From Candidatus Falkowbacteria bacterium (lineage in GTDB: Bacteria > Patescibacteriota > Patescibacteriia > Patescibacteriales > GWE2-39-37): 64,000 bases of DNA. This document shows positions 36,277-45,483 of this stretch, piece after piece. Both the position numbers and the translations under genes were made by a program. The notes beneath the pieces were generated by a model. The model made no database searches. It was given only the letters and a program-made list of their open reading frames with translations, and was not told where the DNA came from. Position 1 is the stretch's first letter; each line of letters opens with the position of its first letter. The stretch covers positions 270,167-334,166 of the forward strand of contig JAAXUA010000001.1 of the NCBI GenBank assembly GCA_013336275.1, written 5' to 3'.

Positions 36277-37452
36277 TTAAAACAAGAGATGCATCAGCTG
36301 TCCGATGATTTTCATCCGCGGAAAGCGTCGGCGCTGGGACTTCTTCTCTTTCAGCGCCTCATCGTAGACTCGTTCGACGCCAGTGGTGATGTCATTCCAA
36401 TTATAGTATTTAATGACATGCTGGCGGTTACGATCGCGGCTTTGGGCTACGTCTGCCGGATTATCAAGCATCTGCTGCAGCTTGTCGCGCAGGTCGCGGA
36501 TGCTCTTGTTCTTGAAGACATAATCCGTACCGGGCAGCGCCTCGAGATTTTCAGGAATATCGCTCACCAGAACGGCTTGGCGGTAAGCCATGGCCTCAAG
36601 CAAGGCGATCGATAAGCCTTCCGATTCGGAGGGCTGGACAAAAGCATAGGCGTGGCTGAAAAGCTGTTTGAGGTCTTCGCCCGACTGGTTGCCGGTGAAG
36701 ATAACCCGTGGATCGCCCTCGGCCAATCGATGGATCTGGGAGACATACTTATCGGTAAAGGCGCTATCGCCGACGATGACCAGTTTCTTGTCGGTCTCGA
36801 TCTTCTTGAACGCCTCAATCAGGTAATGGACGCCCTTGTGCTTGACCAGTCGCGAAACGGCCAGGATATAACTTTCCGATTCAAGCCCCCATTGGGCTAA
36901 AGCCGATTTTTCGCTGACAGGCTCGACGGCAACGCCGTTCGGCACATAGGTGGTCTCCTGCTCGTACTTCTCATTGGCGTACCGCTGCAAGGTCCTTGAG
37001 ACCGCAATGGTCCGGTCAGACAGCTTGCAACATACCAATTCGCCGAAGCGGAGATAGAATTTGGCCAGGCTGTTCCATTTCTGGTGCATGTAGCACTGGG
37101 TGTGAAAAGTGGCGACGACCGGAGTCCGCGGCTTCAAGAGCTTCACCAGCCAGAGGAGCGACGACGGTCCGATGGAGTGGAAGTGAACCACATCGACGTC
37201 GCGGCGGGCGACGTCGAGGCAGGCTAGGAATGTGTGGCTGATCGCATCCAAGTGTTTGGAATTGACGCTCGGGAGGCTGATCAGATTGACGCCGCGAAAG
37301 GACGCAAGGTCAGCCGGGGTGTAGTTGCGGCGAGTGTAGACGTACACTTCATGGCCGCGCTGCACCAGGTTGGTAGCCAGATCCTCGACGTGCTTTTCCA
37401 CGCCGCCGAATTTGGCTGGTATTCCCTTTTGTCCGATAACGGCTATTTTCAT
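36277..37452 (-). CDS. Glycosyltransferase family 4
   Basis: MKIAVIGQKGIPAKFGGVEKHVEDLA..., C-terminal EGLSIALLEAMA (E-x7-E region). Confidence 0.8.
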   Translation of the reverse strand: MKIAVIGQKGIPAKFGGVEKHVEDLATNLVQRGHEVYVYTRRNYTPADLASFRGVNLISLPSVNSKHLDAISHTFLACLDVARRDVDVVHFHSIGPSSLLWLVKLLKPRTPVVATFHTQCYMHQKWNSLAKFYLRFGELVCCKLSDRTIAVSRTLQRYANEKYEQETTYVPNGVAVEPVSEKSALAQWGLESESYILAVSRLVKHKGVHYLIEAFKKIETDKKLVIVGDSAFTDKYVSQIHRLAEGDPRVIFTGNQSGEDLKQLFSHAYAFVQPSESEGLSIALLEAMAYRQAVLVSDIPENLEALPGTDYVFKNKSIRDLRDKLQQMLDNPADVAQSRDRNRQHVIKYYNWNDITTGVERVYDEALKEKKSQRRRFPRMKIIGQLMHLLF

Positions 37453-37463
37453 ATGTTTATGCT

Positions 37464-39986
37464 CTAAGGTTTAGTTACGATGACCGGGCCTGAATTAAGC
37501 AAGTTCTGGTCGATAGTGGCCACGATATAGAATTCACTGCGATAGATGACGTTGGCCCAAGTCGAGCCGACCCTGACTCCGCCTTCGGTGCCGAAGTTGT
37601 AGCCATAGATGTAGACTGCGCCGGTCACCTGGTTGAGCTCTTTGACGAACTCGACCGAGCGGACGACCTTGCGGATCGAGACCGGACCGAAGTCGGATTC
37701 ATTGCTGGTGTAATCGCCGACTCTGACCGAAACGTAACCATAATGGTAAGTATCCAGGATCTTGACCCGGATCTCCTGCCCATCGACCGTCGGATAGACG
37801 CCGATCATCTGGACTTTAGGATTGATTACGGTATGGTTCTGGTCGGCATACTTATAGGTAATGACGTTCTCGCGCGGATTGATCGAGAAGCCGTAGCCCC
37901 TGATGGTCAGGATGCCGGTGTTCAAGTCGATCTGGGCGTCGGTCACGGTCGGACGGACCGACAAGCTGACCTTGCCATCATCCTGCCAGCGGTCATAACG
38001 CAGGTTGACTGATGAATACTTGTTGGAAATCGCCATCGGAGCGGTCAAGCTGACGACCGTGCCATTGGCACCGACAGTCAGGCTGCTCGGGGTGACTTCG
38101 ACCTTCTCGCTGGTGGTCAGGGTAAAGATGACCTTGGCCAGATTGATATTGCTGCCGACGCCGTAGGCGGTGATAAGCATAGGCTGTCCCGGCTGGACCG
38201 GCTCTGGAGTCACGTTGACGATTTTAGGAATTATTTCCAAAGGCAGATAATTCGATTTCTGGCCGTTCATGACGATAGCGACGAAGCCGGTTTGGGCGCT
38301 GTTGGGTACGACGACGGAGATTACGCCGTTGGCGTTCTTCAGCACGGGAGCGGCGACACGCTGGCCATAACCTTGGAATTCGATAGCGGTCGATGAGCTG
38401 GCATCAGGATTGACGCCCTCGGCCGTCAGGGTGATGGTCTCGCCGATAGCAGCCGCCGGCAGCCTTTCGGCAGTCTCAGTCGAGAAGCGGCTGTTCTTGG
38501 CAGCGATAGTCTTCAAACGCGGCTTGGCCGAGTAAGACAAGGCCTGGCCTTTATCGGAAACGACGCCGTTGACCGTGACGGTCACGGTGGCCGAGTTGGC
38601 ATTCTTCAAGGCCTTGACCTCTATCAGCTCATCCTTTTCGAAGATGTCGACGACCTTGGCAGTCTCGGTGCCGATGGCCTTGCCTTGGCTGTTCCAGTAA
38701 GTCACGACCGGACGATTGGCGATGCCTTTGCCGTAGATCAGGAGCTTATCGCCGACCTGGTCGTAGCCGCGCTGGCTCCAAACCATCTTATATATGACCG
38801 GCTTGACCTTGTAGGCCACAGCCGCCGTGCGGTTCTCTGTGCTCTTGCCGGCTACGTTCTGGAACGAGGTCTGCATGAACATGCTGCCCGCGACCACGCC
38901 GGTCGGAAGCTTGACGGTAACGTAATTCAATTGGGAATCGAAGCGGATCGGCTTGAGCCAGTTGTCCCACTGCTTGCCTGTCTTGTCCGTCACGCGGACG
39001 ACGACGAAGCTGGCGTCGGTAGCCGGACTGAAACCGGTCACGCGGATTGTGGCGTCCTGGTCCGCCTCGAGCATCGACGGGATCAACTCGATGATTTTAG
39101 GCACGACATTGTAATTGAATTGTCCCGCCAGCTGGCCCTTGATATAGACTTTGCCGACTCCGCCGAATGTCTGCTGATAGAAGCTGAAATAGGCCACGGC
39201 GCCAGTCATGCTGTCGATGCGGAATTTCTTCCTCTCCGGCTGGCCGGAAGTCGGATTATAATATGGGAGCTCGACTTCGATATCATTCTCAGTCAGATAG
39301 CTCAAATTGTTGAATTGCAGCGCTTTCCTGGTGTCGCCGATGGAGCCGCGAACTTCGGAAGTTGCCAGTTTGCTCGAGAGCTCGACCAGCGAGACGCCGT
39401 CGATGAACATGGTTGTGCCTGAAGCGATATCGCCGAAGGCGAAGACCAGAAGCCCAGGCTCTGAGGCCGTAATTTCCGGCACGACGATCTGGCTATATTC
39501 ATTATAATCAGTGCCGACCGACTGTTCGAACAGGGGCGTTCTTGGAACGTAGGTCGAACTGTTCTCCAAATAGACCGAAAGTTTGCTCGGCACGGAAGCT
39601 TTAGCATAATATCGCAGCCAGTACTGCTTGCCGGCCTCCATCAGAAAGGAGTTGGATTTGGAACCGACTAGTCCGGCACTGGCACGGTTGCCAGCTGCAC
39701 CGGAAACTTCAACTCCGGCTGCGTATGATCCCTGCCCGAAAGCCGGTTCATAGGAACGGAACAAAGTATATTGGCGAGTAGCGGCTGTCTGCCAGACTCC
39801 CCAGCTCGTATAGAGGTCAGTTTCAAAACTGCCACCTTTTATCATGTTCGCGCCTGGTTTGGTGGGCAGAGGGACGGCATCGGCGGCGTTGGCTGTAAGC
39901 ACAACTCCTTGAGCCACCACTGAGACGATCAATAGGAGCGAAACGATCGATTTGATTTTTGCTTTCAGACTACTTAGGTAGTTCAT
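37464..39986 (-). CDS. Large secreted surface protein: N-terminal CBM-like domain plus about six IPT/TIG-like Ig repeats
   Basis: Signal peptide ...VVLTANA; GGSFETDLYTSWGVWQ (CBM4_9-like). Repeats begin P[KV]I..[LV].P and contain [IL]x[IV]xGxGF (e.g. ILTIRGYGF, VYIYGYNFG). Confidence 0.6.
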   Translation of the reverse strand: MNYLSSLKAKIKSIVSLLLIVSVVAQGVVLTANAADAVPLPTKPGANMIKGGSFETDLYTSWGVWQTAATRQYTLFRSYEPAFGQGSYAAGVEVSGAAGNRASAGLVGSKSNSFLMEAGKQYWLRYYAKASVPSKLSVYLENSSTYVPRTPLFEQSVGTDYNEYSQIVVPEITASEPGLLVFAFGDIASGTTMFIDGVSLVELSSKLATSEVRGSIGDTRKALQFNNLSYLTENDIEVELPYYNPTSGQPERKKFRIDSMTGAVAYFSFYQQTFGGVGKVYIKGQLAGQFNYNVVPKIIELIPSMLEADQDATIRVTGFSPATDASFVVVRVTDKTGKQWDNWLKPIRFDSQLNYVTVKLPTGVVAGSMFMQTSFQNVAGKSTENRTAAVAYKVKPVIYKMVWSQRGYDQVGDKLLIYGKGIANRPVVTYWNSQGKAIGTETAKVVDIFEKDELIEVKALKNANSATVTVTVNGVVSDKGQALSYSAKPRLKTIAAKNSRFSTETAERLPAAAIGETITLTAEGVNPDASSSTAIEFQGYGQRVAAPVLKNANGVISVVVPNSAQTGFVAIVMNGQKSNYLPLEIIPKIVNVTPEPVQPGQPMLITAYGVGSNINLAKVIFTLTTSEKVEVTPSSLTVGANGTVVSLTAPMAISNKYSSVNLRYDRWQDDGKVSLSVRPTVTDAQIDLNTGILTIRGYGFSINPRENVITYKYADQNHTVINPKVQMIGVYPTVDGQEIRVKILDTYHYGYVSVRVGDYTSNESDFGPVSIRKVVRSVEFVKELNQVTGAVYIYGYNFGTEGGVRVGSTWANVIYRSEFYIVATIDQNLLNSGPVIVTKP

Positions 39987-40040
39987 ACGGTTTCGCTTAG
40001 AAAATTAAAGCCATCGACGAAATATATCGATAAACAATCT

Positions 40041-40069
40041 ATACTACTATAAACAGAATGTTTTGTCAA
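40041..40069 (-). promoter_or_regulatory. Sigma70-type promoter of the surface-protein/glycan operon
   Basis: Minus strand TTGACA (40069..40064) - 17 nt - TAGTAT (40046..40041). Confidence 0.6.
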
Positions 40070-40119
40070 GGGTTTTCGTGATTAATTACTATTTTTTATT
40101 TAATATTAGCTATTTAAAT

Positions 40120-41328
40120 TCAAATTAATGATTCGTATATTTGACTGATTTTCTGATAAAACTGTCCACTATCAAACCTCTTTCCTTGCTCTTTGGAGGC
40201 CTCTGACATAGCTTGGAAATCAGCCTTTTCGAGCTTCAGGATGGCCCGCCTAAGGTCTTCGGGGTCGCCAGGGGCGAAAGTAAAGCCATTCTCGCCCGGA
40301 TTGACCAGCTCGGTCAGTCCGCCGATGCGGGAAACCAGCAGCGGCCGGCCAGCGGCTAAGGCCTCGATCAAGCTGTAGGGCATATTCTCCGGCCAACGCG
40401 CCGGCAATACTACCGCTCGGGCCTGCTTGATCAACCTGATCAGCTCGCTGCCCTCCTGGTAGCCCAGAAACTCCGTCTGGCGGCCGAGACCCAGTGCTTT
40501 GGAGCGAGCCTGCAAGCTTTCATGTTCCGGACCGGCGCCGACGACCTTGAGCTTGGCCGAAGTGCCGGAAATGGCCTCAAGCAGATCGTTAATCCCCTTC
40601 TCTTCGGACAACCGCCCGAAATAAAGAAGATAGTCGCCAAGGGGGTAATCCGCATCAGCTTCCAGTTCGATGCGCTGCCCTTCTCCCAAAAAATTGTATA
40701 CGACCGATATCTTCTCTTGCGGCAAGCCGAAGGCGGCAGATACTTCGGCCATGAAACGGCTTGGGGCGATGAAATGGTCAACCAAGTCGTAATTCTTGAA
40801 GATGCGCCGATGCAGATAAAGCTCGAGCATGCTCATCAGGCTCTTGGGCCGCGAATTTTTGACGCAGCGATTCAGGGCGCATTGGTAATATTTGCCGCCT
40901 TTGCAGCGTTCGCAATATTTACCTTTGACATACAGCTGATAGCTCGGGCAGATCGGCTGATAATCATGCAGCGTCATCACTACGGGAATGCCATACTGCT
41001 TCAGGACGCGGATAATGGACGGTGTCAGCTGATGGGCGACATTATGGAGATGGGCCAAATCAGGCTTTTCATCGCGCAGTAAGCGCTTGAGCTGCCTGAC
41101 CGCCTCCCAGTTATGAAAGAATTTGAAAAACCCTGATAGGCTGAAATGATCGAAACCGACCGGCTTGGCAAAATATTCCGCATAAGGTGCCGGCAAATTC
41201 TGCGGGTCCTGCATCGAGAACGGGATGACCGTGTGGCCGTTTGACTCCAGCAATTTCGACAGCTCGAACAGGTGACGCTCGGCGCCGCCCTTGAGGTAGT
41301 AGAATTTGTTGATCTGCAGGATTTTCAT
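40120..41328 (-). CDS. Glycosyltransferase family 4
   Basis: MKILQINKFYYLKGGAERHLFEL..., Cys cluster CERCKGGKYYQCALNRC, C-terminal GT1/GT4 domain (ENMPYSLIEALAAG). Confidence 0.8.
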   Translation of the reverse strand: MKILQINKFYYLKGGAERHLFELSKLLESNGHTVIPFSMQDPQNLPAPYAEYFAKPVGFDHFSLSGFFKFFHNWEAVRQLKRLLRDEKPDLAHLHNVAHQLTPSIIRVLKQYGIPVVMTLHDYQPICPSYQLYVKGKYCERCKGGKYYQCALNRCVKNSRPKSLMSMLELYLHRRIFKNYDLVDHFIAPSRFMAEVSAAFGLPQEKISVVYNFLGEGQRIELEADADYPLGDYLLYFGRLSEEKGINDLLEAISGTSAKLKVVGAGPEHESLQARSKALGLGRQTEFLGYQEGSELIRLIKQARAVVLPARWPENMPYSLIEALAAGRPLLVSRIGGLTELVNPGENGFTFAPGDPEDLRRAILKLEKADFQAMSEASKEQGKRFDSGQFYQKISQIYESLI

Positions 41329-41353
41329 GATTATGATTATTATCTTTATTGTC

Positions 41354-41506
41354 GCCTGCCTCTGTATGTCATTTTCTCAGTCAGCATAGAAAAGACGAAG
41401 TCTTTTGCATGGTCGGGAATTCATGTTTCTTGATCAAAATTCTGGAGCTTTTTTTATAAAAGCTTACGAATTTTTATTCCTTCGAAAATGACATACAGAG
41501 GCAGGC
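41354..41506. repeat. Perfect 23-bp inverted repeat enclosing 107 bp (MITE-like or structured RNA)
   Basis: GCCTGCCTCTGTATGTCATTTTC (41354..41376) and its exact reverse complement (41484..41506). The interior contains two further small hairpins. Confidence 0.85.
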
Positions 41507-41517
41507 AACTTCTTCGG

Positions 41518-42507
41518 TTACAAGCTTGCTCTGAAAAATTTATGCTTGATGATCCACCAGCCGACGCTCGGCAGATGCCGGCGCATCTCGCCTCGGATCG
41601 TGCAGATGATCCATGACTCGCTGGTATTCTTGACCTCCATCTCCTGGCGCGCCTGGTCAGCGGCGGCGGAAAACCAAGTCGTCGCTAACTTCCCCTCTCC
41701 CAGATTGCCCAACTTCTGGCTGATCAGATTGCTTGGATAGATCGTGCCGTTCGGTTCGATAAATAGCGAATCCTTCCCGGCACCGGTCGGCAGCAGACGT
41801 TGCTGCTTGCGGGCGTAAAGCAATAAGCCGTAATCATAGAAGGCGCGGAGCCAGCGCTTGATTCGCCAGCTCTTAAGCTCCTTCCTGATGAGATAGGTCA
41901 GGTCGCGTTCAACCGCTTCCAGCGCGGTCACTCGATTCGAATCCTTTTGGAAATAGATATCGGAGTTCTGCACCAGGGCCAAGGCCATCTCAATGCCGAG
42001 TTCGCACGACAGGTCGTAAACTTTCGGCAGCTCGCCAGCGTTGTCGTCCATGATCGTGAAGCTCAAGCCGAGGTTCGAAACTCCGGATTCCTTAAGCATC
42101 TTGATGGTGGAGATGGCGTGGTCGAAGATGCCTGGGATGCCGCGGATGCGGTCATGGACCGGGGCGAGGCCGTCAATGGAGATGCGGACACCGACTTGCG
42201 GATCGACCGCCAAGATCTTATTGATCTGTTCGCGGATCAGCTCGGTCGCCAAGCCGTTCGAGGAGATGATGATCTGGGCCTTCGGCGAAACCTCCTTGAT
42301 GATCGCGACGATTTCAGGCAGGTCGGGGCGCAGGAACGGCTCTCCGCCGGTAAGATTGATATGCTTCAAGGTCGGCGCCAGATTGCGGAAATACCCGAGC
42401 GGCAATTCGGCCGGATTCTGGTCCTGCCAGATATTGCACATCTGGCAGCGCGAGTTGCAACGATAGGTTATGGCGATAGTGGCGTCGATCGGCTGGTAGG
42501 TTTTCAT
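41518..42507 (-). CDS. Radical SAM enzyme
   Basis: ITYRCNSRCQMCNIW (CxxxCxxC), LTGGEPFL. No C-terminal SPASM cysteine cluster seen. Confidence 0.8.
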   Translation of the reverse strand: MKTYQPIDATIAITYRCNSRCQMCNIWQDQNPAELPLGYFRNLAPTLKHINLTGGEPFLRPDLPEIVAIIKEVSPKAQIIISSNGLATELIREQINKILAVDPQVGVRISIDGLAPVHDRIRGIPGIFDHAISTIKMLKESGVSNLGLSFTIMDDNAGELPKVYDLSCELGIEMALALVQNSDIYFQKDSNRVTALEAVERDLTYLIRKELKSWRIKRWLRAFYDYGLLLYARKQQRLLPTGAGKDSLFIEPNGTIYPSNLISQKLGNLGEGKLATTWFSAAADQARQEMEVKNTSESWIICTIRGEMRRHLPSVGWWIIKHKFFRASL

Positions 42508-42511
42508 ATGG

Positions 42512-43357
42512 TTAATGGATGAATAATCTTAATATGGAAATCTTCAAAGTGTGCATCAGCTTGACCAGCTTCCGCTCGACGAGGCGGTCGGGCCAATGTT
42601 TGCCCATGAAATACTCGAGATTGTCGCGCTCCCAGCGCATACGCTCGAGCGTGCGGCGTCCGCCGGCGGAAAAACCGTGGTAGTGGAGAACCTTGGCTTT
42701 GGGCAGATAAACCACCTGCCAACCGGACTCGGTCGCCCGCGAGCAGTAATCGATGTCTTCGACTCCGAAAAAGAATTTCTCGTCCAGCTCGCCCAACTGT
42801 TCCAAGACAGCTCGTCTGAGCATCAAGCAGCCGCCGGAAACCCAGCCGACTTGGCCGCCATGCTCGAAAAGCGAGCGGTTGAAACGGTTAGGATATAGCA
42901 GGCTGCCGCCCGGCAGATATTTGTAAAGCGTGGATAAGCGGATGAATTCCGACATGAAACTGAACGAACGGCCGCAACTGACTTGGAACTCCCCGTCAGG
43001 ATAAGCCATCCGTGGCCCGACGATGCCGGCCTGGGCGTTCTGTTCAAGATAGGCTGCCAACTTGTCCACTGCCCCGGCTTCGACGATTACGTCAGAATTG
43101 AGCAAAAGGATAAATTCCCCCTCAGCCAAGCGCATGCCCTGGTTGGCGGCCCCAGCAAAGCCGAGGTTGGTTTCATTGGCGAAGTAGCGTATGCGCTCGT
43201 CGGCAAGGTTCTCGATATACATCCTCTCGGTCGAGCCGTTATCGATCAAGATGACTTCCTTGACCGATTCGTCGGCACGCTCAAGCAAACGCACGATCGC
43301 GCGCTCAGTCAGTTCCGGCGTGTTGTAATTAATTATTACTGCTGATACTTTTTTCAT
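42512..43357 (-). CDS. Glycosyltransferase family 2
   Basis: VSAVIINYNTPELT..., LIDNGSTE, LNSDV (DxD-like), GGCLMLRR. Confidence 0.8.
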   Translation of the reverse strand: MKKVSAVIINYNTPELTERAIVRLLERADESVKEVILIDNGSTERMYIENLADERIRYFANETNLGFAGAANQGMRLAEGEFILLLNSDVIVEAGAVDKLAAYLEQNAQAGIVGPRMAYPDGEFQVSCGRSFSFMSEFIRLSTLYKYLPGGSLLYPNRFNRSLFEHGGQVGWVSGGCLMLRRAVLEQLGELDEKFFFGVEDIDYCSRATESGWQVVYLPKAKVLHYHGFSAGGRRTLERMRWERDNLEYFMGKHWPDRLVERKLVKLMHTLKISILRLFIH

Positions 43358-44759
43358 AAGCGCTTATATTTATCAAAGCTCCGAGTGAGAGCCAGAAGAC
43401 CAAGGCATAAGGCAAGGCCAGGAACGTCACCTCTACCAGCCCATTGACGAAAGCAGCCATAACCATGGCGATGACGCCGTAACCGAGCCAGCGTTCTCCT
43501 GGCGACCGACGGCGAGTGTAGACCGCTTGGCCCAGCACGCTTGCCATCAATAATGTCACCATGGCGACTCCCAGTACGCCCAGGTCGACTGCCGCTTGGA
43601 GGATGAAATTATTCAATAAATCGCTCTGGTCATAGCCGAGCATCTTCTTGAAATGCTCCATCTGCTGGCCGGCGCCGACGCCGAATTGCCAGTGCTGCTG
43701 CAGTATCTTCCAGGAAGTCTTATATTCTAAAACCCGATATTGGGTGTTGGCGTCGTTGAAAGTATTGGCAACCCGCTCCCACAGGACGACTGCTACCGGA
43801 GAAAACATCAGAGCGACCGTAACGGCTGCAGCCAACCCGGCTAGCATCAGGGCGGTGCGGCGTTCCCGGATCTTGAAAAAAAGGAAAACCATGCCGATGC
43901 CGAGACTGATGAGAGCAGCTTTGCCTAAGGACAGGAAAATGGCGGCTAAGGCGATGATTATGACCCCGAGCCAAAGAAAACTCTTTCTGGTAAGCTGGTG
44001 GCGCCAAAGGTAATAACTGGTCAAAAGCAGGGTCAGCGAGACCATGATGGCGGCCGTCGTGGCAATCGGGGCTACGGGCAGGACGACGCTCTTCCGGTCA
44101 GTGAAGAATTTCTGGGTGATGCCGAGTTGGAAGAATTTGTAAGCGATCTCACCGGCGATGATCAGGATAGTAGCGGCGATCGACCAATAGAAGGCCGAGA
44201 CGCGTTTGGCGGAATTGATCAGGTTTCGCGACAAGAAATAGGCAAGGCAGCTGAAACTCAGGATCTTGATGACATAGATATACGAGGTTGCGGACATCCC
44301 GACCTGATAAGAGCTAGCCGCTAAGATGAGCGTACCGAACAGCGCTAGAGTAATCCAGTCGACAATAACCTCTTTCCAGGTGTTGCTGACCGTGCGATCG
44401 ATCAGGAATACCACTAAGGCAAACAGGAGCACGGCTTCGGTCAAAGTCATCTCGTATGATAGCCCGGGTTTGATTTCAAGGAAGATGACCTTGCCCAAGG
44501 TTATGAGCGGCAAGGCCAAAAGCACCAGGCGCCAAAGCTCATCGCGCCAGATGAAAAAGAAAAATACGGCCAGAACGAAGCTGAGTGCAAGGGCGATGCT
44601 GCCTAGCTTGCTTAGCAGCAAAAAACTAGCCAAACAGCCCAAGAAGAGACCGAATTTGGATAAGAATAGCTTACTTTGGCTTAAATTTTGCGTTATTGCT
44701 AATGTCGCCATAGGTTTGCTTGGATTAATATATATATCATATTTTGGCGTTTTTGTCAA
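43329..44759 (-). CDS. O-antigen ligase/polymerase-like (Wzy_C) membrane protein
   Basis: 476 aa, about 11 TM spans with a large loop. TTG start at 44759, or ATG (MATLAI) downstream. Confidence 0.6.
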   Translation of the reverse strand: MTKTPKYDIYINPSKPMATLAITQNLSQSKLFLSKFGLFLGCLASFLLLSKLGSIALALSFVLAVFFFFIWRDELWRLVLLALPLITLGKVIFLEIKPGLSYEMTLTEAVLLFALVVFLIDRTVSNTWKEVIVDWITLALFGTLILAASSYQVGMSATSYIYVIKILSFSCLAYFLSRNLINSAKRVSAFYWSIAATILIIAGEIAYKFFQLGITQKFFTDRKSVVLPVAPIATTAAIMVSLTLLLTSYYLWRHQLTRKSFLWLGVIIIALAAIFLSLGKAALISLGIGMVFLFFKIRERRTALMLAGLAAAVTVALMFSPVAVVLWERVANTFNDANTQYRVLEYKTSWKILQQHWQFGVGAGQQMEHFKKMLGYDQSDLLNNFILQAAVDLGVLGVAMVTLLMASVLGQAVYTRRRSPGERWLGYGVIAMVMAAFVNGLVEVTFLALPYALVFWLSLGALINISAYEKSISSNN

Positions 44760-44825
44760 CTATATTCCCCATTTTGGGTAAAAACCTAGACTATTTACAT
44801 AGTCGGAAATTAAATTTCTTGACCA

Positions 44826-44858
44826 TAAAAAAACGGGCGCTACTTGGGGTAGCGCCCG
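44826..44858 (-). terminator. Terminator ending the orphan envelope island
   Basis: CGGGCGCTAC-ttggg-GTAGCGCCCG with a U-run on the minus strand (A-run 44826..44832). Confidence 0.75.
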
Positions 44859-44880
44859 GTGATACGAATGAACGTGCAGC

Positions 44881-45270
44881 TTATTTGCAGGCTGCGTCTG
44901 CCTTGAGGTTGCTGCCGCCTTCCGAGCGGTCGACTGTCAGGCCCTTGACTGCATGGGTCTTGGACCAGAGGACTTTACCGCTGGTGACGTTGACGGGGTG
45001 GAAGCGACCGTCGGCGATTTTTGATTTGGCGATGACGTAGTCACCGGCCGAATCCTTGACCAGCTCATAACCGGTCATGTCGCCTGCGCCCCACTGGTTT
45101 TCATCGCAGGCCGCGTAGATGGTGGCGGACATGTTGAGTCCGACCATTGCACGTGCGGGCACGCGGATCGAGTCGCCATCGACACAAGTCTGGGTTACGC
45201 CAGCGAACGCCAGCGTGCTGCTGAGGGTGATGGCGAGGGCCACCAGGGTTGAACTGATAAGACGTTTCAT
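44881..45270 (-). CDS. Small secreted 4-Cys protein (orphan)
   Basis: Start set at MKRLISSTLVALAITLSSTLAFAG (signal peptide), with GAAGGAGG 7 nt upstream (45278..45285). The ORF track extends to 45303. Confidence 0.6.
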   Translation of the reverse strand: MKRLISSTLVALAITLSSTLAFAGVTQTCVDGDSIRVPARAMVGLNMSATIYAACDENQWGAGDMTGYELVKDSAGDYVIAKSKIADGRFHPVNVTSGKVLWSKTHAVKGLTVDRSEGGSNLKADAACK

Positions 45271-45483
45271 AACTATTCCTCCTTCTGTAGTGTGGGAGAA
45301 CACTGTCTCCGGTTTGTTCGGAGCATCGCTCCGATTTCCCGGAGCTTAGGTTCCGAATGGTTGATAGTTACCTGCTGCCTAGGTGGACTCTGTTTTTTAC
45401 CTCCCCAAGATGGAATGAGCTCATTATTCACAATATTACAGTGAACTTCAGAGTATAGTCCATCAGTGAGGATTTGTCAAGAC

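Noticed and set aside
38685-39422. 245-aa plus-strand ORF inside the IPT/TIG surface-protein gene.
   Set aside because: It is an antisense shadow ORF. The minus-strand frame has a signal peptide and repeated Ig-like units, while this frame has none.
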